This document shows, piece after piece, positions 1 through 12,450 of a stretch of 64,000 bases of DNA. Origin of the DNA: Chrysemys picta bellii (lineage: Eukaryota); contig NC_088792.1 of the NCBI RefSeq assembly GCF_011386835.1, forward strand, positions 40,176,001-40,240,000, in the 5' to 3' direction. The notes under the pieces were generated by a model that was not told where the DNA came from, did no database searches, and saw nothing but the letters and a program-made list of their open reading frames with translations. The number at the start of each line of letters is the position of its first letter. Position 1 is the first letter of the stretch. The translations under genes were made by a program, and so were the position numbers.

Positions 1-1010
1 TCCGGTGACCAGGTTGCCGGATTTCATAAGTGACAGGCCTCACTTGGTGAAGGACTTCATACGGGCCCTGCCAGCGGGCAAAAAGTTTTGATTCCTCTGA
101 GGGGAGCAGGAGGAGGACTCGGTCCCCTGGGGCAAATAATCGGGCCTGGGTGCCCCAATTATATTGGGCCCTTTGGGCTGTGTTTAAGTTCTCCCTCACG
201 AGCTCACCCGCCCGGGCCAGCCGCCCCTGCAGCTGTAAGATGTATTGTAAGAGGCCCTGCGTTGAGGATGGTGTACGTTCCCAAGTTTCTCTCAGGAGGG
301 CCATCACTCTGCGGGGTCGTCGCCCACAGAGGAGCTCAAACGGAGAGAACTTTGTGGAAGCCTGCGGAACTTCCCGAACCGCCAGTAGTAAAGGAGGGAG
401 TAGTTGATCCCACTGGCGGAGGTCCTGGGTGGGGAAGAGTCGCAACATTCCCTTCAGGGTCCGATTAAAATGTTTAACTAACCCATCAGTCTGGGGATGG
501 TAGACCGAGGTCTGCAGTTTCTTAATCCCTAGCAGGGCACATACCTGATGGAACAACTTAGAGGTGAAGTTGGTCCCTTGGTCAGTGAGTATCTCCCGAG
601 GGAGGCCTAGCCTAGCGAAGATCTTCATGAGCTCTGCTGCAATAGAGCGGGCAGTGATACTTCTTAAGGGGACAGCCTCGGGGAAACGGGTAGCGTAGTC
701 CATCAAGACAAGGATATATTGGTAGCCCGCCTGACTTTTTGGGAAGGGTCCGACCAGGTCCATTGCTACTCGTTCAAATGGAACGCCCACCGTTGGTAAC
801 GGGACCAGGGGGGCCTTCCGGACCCCGGCTGGAGCAGCATGTTGGCAGTCTGGGCATGACCCACAGTAATCCTTCACTTCGCGGTGGATGCCGGGCCAGA
901 AGAACTTGGCCAGGACCCTAGCTGCGGTTTTCTCCGGTCCTAAATGGCCTGCAGCCGGGATGTCATGGGCCAGCTTCAGGACAGCCTGCCGATGAATGCG
1001 GGGAACCACG
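1..1010 (-). pseudogene. Retrotransposon integrase, disrupted
   Basis: Manual minus-strand translation gives an HHCC zinc finger (LAHDIPAAGHLG...YCGSCPDCQH), core MDLVGP and ILTDQGTNF, YHPQTDGLVKHFN (third acidic residue apparently replaced by K), and a C-terminal RWQGPY motif near 60-78. Frameshifts are present. Confidence 0.88.
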
Positions 1011-1129
1011 AGTTGGGTCAGGACATCTTGGGTTTGAGGGTCTCACTCCACGCAGTAGAGACTATCGTGATTGAGTTCAAACCTAGGCCATTGGGTAGCC
1101 CGCTGGGCCTCCACAACTTTCCTCTCTAC

Positions 1130-1762
1130 CTATGCCAGCTGTTCATAGGCAAACCAGAGCGTAGGGTCTTCCCTTTGATCTCTGCTAAAGTTCACAATGT
1201 CCACCGGGGGGCCCCCCGTCTCCCGGCCATCCTGCCTGGGTGAGAGTGATGGGTCAACGCCGGGGTCAGGACACACCCCGGGGCCTGTGTCTGTCTCAGG
1301 GGAAGCTCCCTCGAACGCCTCTTCCAGAGATAGGGATCGGAGCACCTCGACGAAATCTGGCCAGTTCCGGCCCAGAATGACTGGGTAGGCAAGGGATGGG
1401 GCCACTGCCACGTTCATTAACTGAGTTGTCCTGTTCACCGTGAGAGGGACCTGAACCGTGGGGTACGGTTTCACGTCCCCATGTATACACTGTATCCGTA
1501 CCTCCCCAATGATCCGCTCGGCATCCGGGAGGAGGGCCTGGCGGACAAGAGTCTGCCCACAGCCTGAATCAATTAAACCCACAACGGGTGTCCCGGCAAT
1601 GTCCATGGGGGCCGTCAATTTGGCCGCGGACGGCAGACGGGCCCGGCGCTCCCCGGTGTACATCCGGCCAAAGTCGCATTCCATCGCTGTACAGTCTCGT
1701 TGCAGGTGACCGTACTCACCACACCGAAAGCTAAGTCCTACTTCTGTGCGCCCCGGCCGCAC
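1130..1762 (-). pseudogene. Retrotransposon zinc knuckle plus aspartic protease
   Basis: ORF track shows a degenerate CCHC knuckle (SFRCGEYGHLQRDC), VVGLIDSGCGQTLV (protease DSG motif) and YPVILGRNW. Confidence 0.88.
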
Positions 1763-1804
1763 GGGGTCACCTGTGTGGCCGCGAGGTTGGCCGGGACCTG
1801 ATGG

Positions 1805-2619
1805 TCAGGTCAAGCGTACGGACAGCGTGGACGGTGGAGCATCGGGGCGTTGGGAAAAAGTAGTGCCACCGCCGTTTGGTCGTCGGGCTCGGGTTGGCAC
1901 GTCGGCTTTCGGGGTGGACCCCCTTTCAGGCTTTTGAGTGCCGGGTCCAGAATTTGGGGGCCGGGCTGCCGGTCCTATTGGGGCCTCGGCCTCTAGAAAG
2001 TTCTCCATAAGCGTGACAGCTGCACTCAGAGTTTGAGGTCGGTGCCGCAACACCCACGCCCTCCCCGGAGTCGGGAGGATGTGCACGAATTGCTCGAGGA
2101 TGATCTGTTCCATCACCTCAGCCACAGTTCGATGCTCGGGTTGTAGCCATCGGCACGCTGCATCCTTTAGTTCCTGGGCCACGGCCTGGGGCCGGGCGCC
2201 CGGTGGGTAAAGCTTTCCCCAAAACCGTCGCCGAAAGGTCTCCGGGGTGATGTCGAAGGCATCCAGGATAGCTGCTTTCACTCAGGCATAAACAGGGGCC
2301 TCATCGTCTGGTAGCCCCGGTAAGCTTTCTGGGCCGGCCCCATTAGATAGGGGGCAAGAAGGGTTGCCCATTGGTCCGGAGCCCAACCAGCTACTGCAGC
2401 AACCTGCTAGAAGGTCACCAGATAAGCCTCTGGGTCATCCTCAGGCCCCAACTTGGCCAGACGGATTGATGGAGCAGGAGGGTTGGGGGTGACCGCCCCG
2501 CCTGGTTGGGCCCCACCGGGGCTTGGCCACAGGGTGGCAAGTTGCTGGAAACATTGGGTCTGTTGTTCACGGTGCTGGGCCCCCAAGGTTTGAAGTAACT
2601 GCTGCTGGGTACCCACCAA
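1805..2619 (-). pseudogene. Retrotransposon gag with SCAN-like domain, disrupted
   Basis: [10 protein letters not shown]...[59 protein letters not shown] matches the SCAN pattern; upstream ORF 2407-2619 holds the gag N-terminal motif. Confidence 0.85.
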
Positions 2620-2660
2620 CAGCAGTTACTTCAAACCTTGGGGGCCCAGCACCGTGAACA
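2564..2660. repeat. Perfect 41-bp inverted repeat with 15-bp spacer at the retrotransposon break point
   Basis: 2564-2604 (TGTTCACGGTGCTGGGCCCCCAAGGTTTGAAGTAACTGCTG) is the exact reverse complement of 2620-2660. Confidence 0.95.
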
Positions 2661-2874
2661 TTTTTATAGCATGTTGTAGGGCCTCCAAAAGAAAAAGGTT
2701 GAGAACCCCAATCTAGTCTAGGCTCTTGCATGAGAGGGGTCTGAGAACCTCACTCAGTACATCCAGCTCTAAGCCCATATCTTGTTGTGCTATAGTATAT
2801 TTTTTAGAAAGACATCCAAAGCTTGATCTTAAAGACTCTGTGTGATGAAGAATCCACTTCATTTCTTGGTCTTG

Positions 2875-2935
2875 TGGTTAGGGCATTGGACTTGGACTCA
2901 GGAGATCTGCTTCAATTCCCAGATCAGTCACAGCT
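2875..2935 (+). mobile_element. MIR/CORE-like SINE 5' fragment
   Basis: GTGGTTAGGGCATTGGACTTGGACTCAGGAGATCTGCTTCAATTCC resembles a tRNA-derived SINE head. Confidence 0.5.
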
Positions 2936-3066
2936 GTACTTTTTTTGTACTGGATATCAAAGACAGATCATTGTTGGGTGAGACTAAGAATCAAAGCTGA
3001 CAGGTTTCCTTTTAGTGCTGGTTTGCTGTATAATGGCTTTGTGTTTGTTTGTTGAAGCACTTAGTA

Positions 3067-3687
3067 CAGGGGTGGGCAAACTTTTTGGCCCGAGGGCCAC
3101 ATCGGGGTTGCATAACTGTATGGAGGGCCGGGTAGGGAAGGCTGTTCCTCCCCAAACAGCCTGGTCCCCACCTCCTATCCGACCCCTCCCACTTCCCGCC
3201 CCCTGACTGTCCCCCTCAGAACCCCCAACCCATCCAATCCCCCCCGCTCCTTGTCCCCTGACTGCCCCCTCCTGGGACCCCTGCCCCCTATCCAACCACC
3301 CTGCTCCCTGTCCCCTGACTGCCCTCCCAACCCCTATCCACATCCCCGCCCCCTGGCAGACCCCCCAGGCTTCCCACTCCCAACCCTCCCTGTTCCCCAT
3401 CCCCTGACCGCCCCCCCAGAAACTCTGCCCCATCCAACTGCCCCCTCCTCCCTGACTGTCCCCCAGAAACCCCCACTCCCTTACCCAGCCCCCCCCACTC
3501 TCCCTTACCAGCAGCAGGAGCTTGCAGCCACAACACCCGGCCAGAGCCAGCTGCGCTCCCCACGCTGCCCGGGGGGACAGCAGGGGAAGAAGCCGGGGAC
3601 TAGGCTCCCCGGCCGGGAGCTCAGGGGCCGGGCAGGACAGTCCCACAGGCCGGATGTGGCCCGCGGGCCATAGTTTGCCCACATCTG
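3067..3687. mobile_element. Non-autonomous hAT (Charlie-like) MITE with C-rich internal repeats
   Basis: TIRs CAGGGGTGGGCAAACT / AGTTTGCCCACATCTG; flanks ACTTAGTA / ACTTAGAC (degenerate 8-bp TSD); repeated CCCCTGACTGCCCCC-like blocks inside. Confidence 0.85.
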
Positions 3688-4835
3688 ACTTAGACTGAGG
3701 TTCAGGTCAGGGATTTTGCTTGCTTGTTTCTTGAGATTGATTGGATTATCACAAATTTACAGACCAGCCTACTGAACATATTATTTCATGGAAGGCTCTC
3801 CAATACAGAAAATCCTTTCTATAAGTATCTTTAATATCTGTGGTCCTGCTTAGATTCTTCTTTATTCATGTTTCACCAGATCTATAATTAGACTCTTTAA
3901 AAAACACATCATTTTTAGAGTCCTAATGAAGAAGTAGGTACATAGCTTGCTGAGGTATAGCATAAAGCTGCTTTCTCCTCTGACAATGATTCGTTCCCAG
4001 ATTCATTTACTTTAACAGATGGAGGACTGCAGTAAAAGAAAGACAGTTAAGGTTGAAGAGGTCATAAAGCTCTCAAGAGCAGGAAATCACATGAGCATAT
4101 CTGCCAATTCATTCTATTTATCAAAAGTCATTAAGCACTTTCCAATTTCTTTAGTTCTTTATTCTTCGAATAGAAGAACAGTATTTTAAGAGTCACATAT
4201 TCAAAACCATCTTGTTTTAATGTCATCTAAGCTTATCTTTCGTTTTACTTTTATAAGTAAAGTCTGGATCTCATGCAAACTTTAGAATGAGACCACCTGC
4301 TGATGGAAAACCAACATGCTCCATAAACAGACCATTGATTGTCTCCACAGGCCCGATCCTGCAGTCCTTGCTCAGTTTGTGTGAGAAGTTGATGGTTACT
4401 ATTCTGATACTACAGGACTGGGCCCTTAGTGTCAACTACAACCTTAGTTCCTCATCCTATGTTAAATGGGAGTTATGCCATTGATTTTGAATGGGAGTAG
4501 AACAGCAGCCTTTAGAAGAGCATTCCTCTTCTGGGGATCAAGGTCCTGAAACTGAAGGCTCCACTGTGGCATTAAGCCCCAGCCATGGGATGGGCATGCA
4601 AGGCGTGGGAGTCAAGAAAGGCAAGCTCCAGAAGGTGTTGTGCTTCATTGAATTACAATGCCTGGCATGGTTGCTGCACTTCTACCTAAGGGAAATATGC
4701 ACCTCCTCTGCCAGGGATGGCTAACTAGCTCCATGGGCTCCTTACATCTGCCCTCCTCTTGCACACACACAGGCAGTGACTGGCAACAATTTGGCCCAAA
4801 CTGTTCAGTAAGGTTGATCCTGTAAATCTCACTGA

Positions 4836-5131
4836 GGCTATGTCTACACTACCGTGGTAAATCGACCTACGCTATACAACTCCAGCTACATGAATAACAT
4901 AGCTGGAGTCGACGTACCTTAGGTTGAGTTACCGCGGGGTCTACACCATGGGGGGTTGACAGGAAAAACTCTCCCGTCAAATTACCTTATTCTTCTCGTC
5001 GGGGGTAGAGTACAAGGGTCGACTGGAGAGCGATCTGTTGTCAATTTGGCGGGTCTTCACTAGACCCGCTAAATTGACCACCAGTGGGTCAATCTCAGAG
5101 TGTCGATCCAGGCTGTAGTGTAGACATAGCC
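4836..5131. mobile_element. Non-autonomous DNA transposon, probably PIF/Harbinger-type MITE
   Basis: Perfect 15-bp TIRs GGCTATGTCTACACT / AGTGTAGACATAGCC with extended subterminal symmetry; TSD not clean. Confidence 0.75.
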
Positions 5132-6531
5132 CCGAGAAAAAATGTTATTAAAACCATTGGGAGTATTGTCAGAGTAAGAGCAGTAGAGTTTGGACTATCA
5201 TCTGTAAATACTTCAATATTTCGCCTGTGCAATGATTTCAGTAAGTGTGATGAGTAATGTCCTGTTACCAGTGCTTAGGCATTTTATTTGTGCATAGTCT
5301 CAAGTACTATTAAACTGCAAAAATGCGGAGTTCATGCTACACAGAAATTCTAGCAAATTAAAACTGCAAAGAGCTTGAAGGCCTTCTTTTTATTAAAGCA
5401 GAAAGTTCCAGCAACAATAGCTTTCTCCCCACTTCTACAGCACATGTTAATTTCTACTCTTACCCATATTTTAAAACTAAGTTCCCTATAATGAACATTT
5501 CAATCAAATTGTAATCTTTAAATTTCAATAAAAGATCATTACTAGAGGCGGTTTGCAGTCTTCCACAGATTGATTAGTTATTGCCTATGAGACAAGCAAT
5601 GGACTTACTGAAAACAGAGCAATTATACTAGAACAAACAGAATTGTGTCCTCCCCTGAATAGATCACAATATATAACTGAGTCAAAGTAAAACTTTAATA
5701 AACAGAAAAACTTGTATACAAATAATATCCTCCAAACAGTAATAGGCTTCATTCCTCTAGGAAATACATACGTTAAATGCTCACAATCAAATTCTTATTA
5801 CAGAAAGAGACCATGGAGACTAGCATGTAACTGGGCAAGTTAAGAGTAAAAACGAAGGGAAAGAAGCAGGTTTAACCAAGAAAATTCAGTGCAGTTTATG
5901 TAAATAAAGAATAGGTCTCATATTCAGCTTGCACTAGTTTCTCCAGTGAGATGATTGCCTAAACCTTCCATATTCATTCCTGCATAATATTTCTCTTCAG
6001 AAACAAGCCTATGACAACCCTACTTTCTATCAGAAGATACTTGATAAATTCAGAGAGGGTAAATGGATGCACCTAGTTAAATGGTACCTTAATGGACACT
6101 CAAATGTTACCTTTCTTGCAATGTCCTAGTAACATTCTTAATGAAACATCATCCATGATGAAAAATTACCATTTTATCCACACTGCCGCAATAAAGCACC
6201 CCAATGCACCACAATGCCTTCTTAAAACATCCTATCCAATTTGCATCTATTGCCAATCACAAGGTATTTTAATCTTCTTTAAATGAAATTTACCAGCTGT
6301 GACCAATCAACTTTTTGCAGACCACAAGGAAGTGTCCCACAGACTAGTAGCTTTCCATAGGCCAGTTAAAGAACCAATTGTGTGGTATAAGCATCTCAAG
6401 TCATGAATCAAAGTGAACAGCTCTTTTAAAGAAATACACTCTAATGCACTGCAAGTACATGGAATGAGAGATCAGAAGTCAATGTCACAAGAGACTGAAT
6501 ATTATACTCTACATCACCTTTCTGATATTAG

Positions 6532-6616
6532 GTTTCAGAGTAGCAGCCGTGTTAGTCTGTATCCGCAAAAAAATTTGTTAGTCTCTAAGGTGCCACAAGT
6601 CCTCCTGTTCTTCTTT
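6532..6616. mobile_element. 85-bp Penelope-like micro-insertion
   Basis: Left half matches the left end and right half matches the right end of the long Penelope element at 58602-62109. Flanked by a 13-bp direct repeat TTTCTGATATTAG (6519-6531 and 6617-6629). Confidence 0.88.
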
Positions 6617-9031
6617 TTTCTGATATTAGTCTCCAAAGACTAAATGACTGGAATCCAGTTTGCTTCCAACTGAAAAGCTTTGTCCCTACACAGCCTTCAT
6701 ATTATCTGGTGTTATTAAAAGTGAATACAATACAAGCCCATATACACAGCACTCAAAATATACCCATGTAGATTACACACACAGAGATGCTTAAGGAGAT
6801 TATTTCATTTAGATCTTATTGACGTCAGTGCTAAATACCTGAGGATGCAGTACTTAGGAAATCACACCATAACAGTTTTAGAATTAAATGCTATGACTTT
6901 AAAGGTAATTTCTTCATATTAACCAGATTCACATGTTGTCAGCTCTGCTGAAGGAGCTCTGAATGTACTACAGCCATTGTGAAATCGCATATTCCAAACT
7001 AACCGGGGAACATGTTTCAAGGCGGTTATCAAAGATAACAATGAAAACATAGCATAAACAAAAGAATAGAAAACTTACTATATTTTCCACTTATAAATAC
7101 TCTGAAAATTCAAGAAAAAATATATATTTTTACTGAATCCAGACAATAATTTTAGTTGATGACTTAATTAGATTTCCAAACTGGATAATTGTTCTTCAAA
7201 AAGAAAAATAAGACATCCGGCTGATGCATTTAATTAATAGCAGGTCTTTAAGTAAATGGTACTTGTCATTAATGTTATACAATGAAAGGGCTATAAATTA
7301 TACTGAACTGCTTAAACGTACACAAGAAAATCAGCATCTCACAGTCGGCTAGTTTTTGGTCATCGTTTCTTTGGAAACAGTTCTTCTACAACTTGACATA
7401 CCTTTATCAAGGTTATTTCAATACATGAATGATTTATGTCAATTTTATACTTAGATTATACACCCTTCAGGGCAAGGATTGAGGCTTTCCCTTGGCAAGG
7501 ACCTGATAGATTTTGGGCCAACACCATCTGTGGGAGCTGCAAAGTCATCTTAACCAGCTGCCTTAAGATACCTCTAATATGGGGAATATCCACATTTGGC
7601 ATAGGACTACTACTGTAGCTCCTAAGACACCCCTTCCCAGCCTTCCTGCTGGCACAGGGGACTTGGCTAGGGAAACAGGGACATGACTGGGGAACCATTA
7701 TATCCGGTCAATTTCTGTCTGCTGTTCCCACTAATATAATTTAGTGCAACACTGAGACTGCTCCAACTTGCACAACAGGACCAAGCTGTAGCCCAGAGAA
7801 GGTGATTCCTCCCAAGCTGAGGTGCATGCCAAAATGGCCAGTCCTGAGGATCTGTCCCTTTGGCTTTTACCAAAATATAAGTGAAAACAATAAATCGAAT
7901 TTTGATTAGAATTCACTCTCCATATTTTCCTGCTCTTTTGTACATGGATATTTATTTCTAAAGCCTAGGAAGCTAGAAGCTCGGGAAAATTTAGACCTCT
8001 AGTTTTATCCAAATGCCTAGATACACCAAGCACACTAACATCCACTCTGTGCACAGTTACCTGCTAAATTTGCTTTTAACCCTCCTGAAGGAATCACCAT
8101 CTCTCGGAGCAAGAAAACACTCAGAATTCTGACCTCAGATCAGTGGGAGACAGAGACATGCATCTGAGAGCAGAGTTTGATGGCTGCAGTCACAAATGTG
8201 GAGGCTCATTAAAAATATTTATGATGCCTCTGTACATATCCCCTAAACACTGAGCATGCTCATTTCACTATTGGAGAAAAATCATGTTGTCAGATCCTCC
8301 AAGGAATAGCCACGTACAGGGTCTTCCAGACACATTCTACATTGTGGATGCAGCTTCTCTATCAGCTGCAAGAGGATACAGAAGCAAAGGAAAATATTGC
8401 AGATTTAAGTTGGGAACCCTAACACAGAGGATGCAAAGAGACAGCAACTCCAGTCACACTGGCTTTCAAATCCAACACTGTTGTATCTTCTATCAGATAC
8501 TATTTTGTTTTGTTTTAATGCAGGAGACTGGGTGAATCTCTCCTTCCACTGGTATTTCAATTAATAGCCTCTCTGAAGTATCTTTCAGATTCACCCATTA
8601 AATGTGGTGCAAATGCATAGCTGACTAAAGTACTGATGCTACCGTGTGCTTTCCTAGACTTCTAGGGAAGAGAGTCATGCAGTAGTTTGAGGTGGCAGAG
8701 ATTTCTGAGGCAACGCTAGCTCTGAATCTTTCTCCCCTGTTTGACCTGTTCCATCTCCCTTGGGAGACTGCAGTGCTGCTTTTTCTTCTCCACTACCCCG
8801 TTTAAAAGAAATTTCCGATGGGCCATGAATATGGCTTCTAGACTGCTTGAGAGAGGGGAGACTGCAGCAACTGCCTTTCAAAGGGTTCATAAAAGTTTAC
8901 ACCAGGAGTCAAGGTTCTGCCAGATGTGCATGTGACAGTGTTTGAAACTATGGATCTAAAGACAAAAGGTCATTTAGGAAGACATCCCATACAAAAGAAA
9001 CAGACAAGGATATTTTCTGTAATATAGGCCT

Positions 9032-9850
9032 TGTGGTGGGGCGACTACCCCACACCCAGAGAGACTGGGCTGCGGCAGGCCTAGGCGCCTGCGTAGACGC
9101 GTGGCCAATCAGGAGAGGGCTTACTGGGAGCCAATCAGAAGGCAGATTGGAGCCAGCCAATCAGGGCCCGGCTTAGCCATATAAAAGGCTGCCCAGAGCA
9201 GGAGCAGTCAGTCTGTCCCAGGCCTTCAGAGGGGAAGGTCTGTCTCCAGAGCTGGGAGGCCAGCACCACGGACAGCGCAGTGCAGGCCAGCCTGAGAGAG
9301 TGGGAGAAGGCCCCACTCCATAGCCTGCTAGGCGGCAGGCCTGGGAGGAGGAGGCCTAGCGTAGCGAAGGGCTGTTGGGGAAGCGGTCCAGAGGGATAGT
9401 CAGAGGAGGAAGGAGAAGGAAGACAGTGAGACTGTCGCCCGAGGGCCTCTGGACCGGGACTCAGAGTAGTGGGCGGGCCTGAGTGTCGTCCCCCCCCCCG
9501 CCTTTTTTCCCCCTTTGTTTGCTGTGCTGCCCCACGCACAGCCACGGGCCGCAGGGAGCGGCCGGTCAGAACCACACCAGGTCCTGGACCGGGAGGATCG
9601 GACTCGAGGGCGTGGGGCTGTTGTTTAACCAGCCCCCCGGAAGGGGGTGTGAATGGACCAGGGAACACTGTCGGAGGGCAGTGCTCCGGAAGATGACGCC
9701 GTACGTGGAGAGCAGCGCAAACCCGCGCACCCAACGAAGGCGAGACGACAGGCGGGACGCCACCCAAAGAGGGCGCTCTACGGGCTAAAACTAATTCCCC
9801 GAGACGACCAGGAGGAGGCGCCTCAGCGGTGAGCGACCGACCCTGTCACA
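9032..9850 (+). mobile_element. Solo LTR, CpG-rich and probably young
   Basis: Starts TGT and ends ACA, with a perfect 5-bp TSD GGCCT (9027-9031 and 9851-9855) and internal CCAAT and TATA boxes. Confidence 0.92.
9105..9186 (+). promoter_or_regulatory. LTR U3 promoter motifs
   Basis: CCAAT at 9105, 9131 and 9157, ATTGG at 9146, TATAAAA at 9180-9186. Confidence 0.65.
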
Positions 9851-10848
9851 GGCCTTTAGAAGGATGGGAATTGGAAGGATGTGAATCAAGTAGATTTGGT
9901 CCACTTCATGACAAGAGAACCCTATCAAAATTCAGAGAGTTGCATAAAACATCTTGATATTTCTCTTTCTACTCTCCTGTGTGTGGGCTCTATCCTCCTC
10001 AGAAAGGAGCATGGATGATGTCCTTTACTGATGAGGCAATGGCCACATCAGCTTTAGGGAAATTCAAATAACGTTTACAACATTTTTGAATTTGCTTACT
10101 TAGAGAAATTCCTATTCAGAATAAATTTCATGTAAAAAGATTATTTGGAGAGGACTACAAAGTTTCCTCTTTGGCCAGAGGGGGAATATTTCATAGCAGT
10201 TTTGCTTCCCTTAGACACAAATATTTCCTCAGCTTTTCTTCTTCTGAGCTGATAGCAAAGGTATTTAGGACCCTTCTTAGCATAACCTTAAAGGAAGCTG
10301 AAGGGAGTTTCTACCATCTCAACAAATTCTGACTCCACCTCTGGGAATGAAGAAAAGGAGGAAAGCTAGGATCTCTGACTACCTCTTTGACTTTATGTAG
10401 CTTATGCTATTGTCCCTTACTTCTAATGTTTGAGGAAGATGAAGATAAAGAAGAACTGGGGTGCCGTTTAGATATTTTTGAAATTTAGAATTCCAAAAAA
10501 ATAAAATCCCAAAATTGTCAAATTTAACCAAATTGCATGACTTTTTCCTGGTCTCTCATGCTCTGGACAACCTGTTACCTCTTGTGGAGGGAGAACAAAT
10601 CCAGCCATTGTTCTGAGCGAAGGTGGCTTTGCCCTCAGTGACAGATCTCAACTGCCTCTATGGCGGCAGAGAGAGGAACAACCTGCCATTGGATTGCCAG
10701 ACATTTTAAATTTGTTAAGATACTGGAAGAGGGTGCCAGTAAGGAAGTGTGGACCAGAGTTCAAACATAAACTGCATAGCTGATACCTGCTTGTGTTTTG
10801 ATTAACAGGTTTTCTTGTTCAGTGGCTGAGAAGGCACAACATTTGATC

Positions 10849-11080
10849 TGGTGATTAAAAAACTGCACTATGACTCAGAAGACCTAGGTTTCATTCCTGA
10901 CTCTGCCACATTCTGTCTGCACGATCTTGGGTAAAGCATTTAATCTCTCAATGCTTCAATGCCACATCTGTAAAGTGGGAACAAATAACACCAACTTATC
11001 TGATGTGGCTGTTTAGTGGCTAACTCCATCATTGTTTGTGAGGCGCTCAAATAGGATGGTGAGGAGAACCATAGAAAAGC
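10849..11080 (+). mobile_element. Ancient MIR-like CORE-SINE
   Basis: tRNA-like head (GACTCAGAAGACCTAGGTTTCATTCCTGACTCTGCCAC), core-like CACATCTGTAAAGTGGGA and tail GTTTGTGAGGCGCTCAAATA. Confidence 0.7.
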
Positions 11081-12450
11081 TTATAAACAGTTATTATTCC
11101 AAAATTCTGAGCAATCTTCTGTAAGTTGACAGGTGATAAGTAAAATATATCAGCGCAAAAGAGTGTGTGACATGACTTTAAATCTTAAAATTATTACAGG
11201 ATTTCTGTCTGTTCTGTAGCATGGCTATTATTCTTCCAATGTCATTTGGACGGATAAATGTAAACAGCAAGAGTGGCTACAATTCAATGAGCTTTCTACT
11301 AATACCCTGGCAAGTGGGCATCAAATACCCTAGCTGAACAAGAACCAAAGAAAAGAGAAGCAGCAGTGGAAGGGAGATGTCTAGAAAGACAGGAACATTT
11401 TCTATGATTCATGAGAAAATATGAGAACTGCAAGTGATTTGCCTTGGCAAACTAAGATAAATGATCTGATGTGCCAGTTAACAAGTTAAGGAAATGCAGC
11501 CCACAATTGCAGATGGGTGCACATTTATAGGAGGATACACTGACATTTCAACATCCCCTATAAAATGAATGCATGATTTCTGGTTATATTATAGTGCTTT
11601 CTGCTTACAGAACCAGAATTATGGTCAGAGGATACTTTGTTAAAGTGCAGTCCAAGCCACAGTATAGTTGTAAACATACAGAAAATTACTGTACGGCCAA
11701 AAAAGCTGACCCTAGCCTTGTCATTATCATCATTATTCATTCTCTCTCTCTCCCCCCCCCTCAATAAAGCATGTTTATATGGTTATATTACCCAGGGAAT
11801 CTTAAAAGAAATGCTACAGACTGGAAGGCTTTTTCCCCCTTCTGTCCTAGCTAAAACAGGTGTCCAGTAATTAAAAGGACACATTTCTCAGGAATGCCTA
11901 GAAGAACAGCACAGCACATATGCAGACAATGAATCTTTTCATTCCTCAGACACTTTTACAAGGCAACCATTGATAAGAGCAGTCACGTGGCAGGGAAATA
12001 CAGGTAGGGAACAAACACCAGCTTCCTCTTCCAGTTCATATGCCCTTTATTATAAAGAAGATTTTGACATTCTCAGAAGTGTGCAATGGACAAATCCTCC
12101 TTTATGTGACTGTCATGCGACAATGCTAAACAATCACAGAAAGAATCATTTTCTTCTAACACTAAACAAGGGACTTAATTAGAATAAGGAACACATTCTC
12201 ACTGTAGCTACTCTGCTTTTCTGTAGAGCATCTGCCTAGACTCTTCCCCAGCTCCCGCCTGTTTGGCTTCCTGCAGAAGATTAAAGAACAGAGTGACTTT
12301 ACTTTTCTTTAAAAATCCATTAGATCAACAACTGGATCTTTTGGTTTCTTTCCTCTAGTCTAAACCTTCAAGCAAACAACTTCTTCTTCAGAGATCAGTA
12401 CAACTCCTCAAATGAATAAGTGAGCAGAATCAGCCCTGTAGTTTCCAATT

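Larger units (their letters stand above)
1..2619 (-). mobile_element. Decayed Gmr1-type Ty3/Gypsy LTR retrotransposon internal region (gag-SCAN, CCHC knuckle, protease, integrase); runs off the left edge, 5'-truncated on the right
   Basis: Minus-strand domain order is gag N-terminus (LAKLGPEDDPEAYLVTF), SCAN-like domain, CCHC knuckle, aspartic protease (LIDSG), then integrase directly after protease. Stops and frameshifts are present and no LTR is visible at the right end. Confidence 0.9.

Noticed and set aside
2984-3682. ORFs of 91-232 aa
   Set aside because: They overlap a C-rich MITE and are low-complexity, with no recognisable domain.
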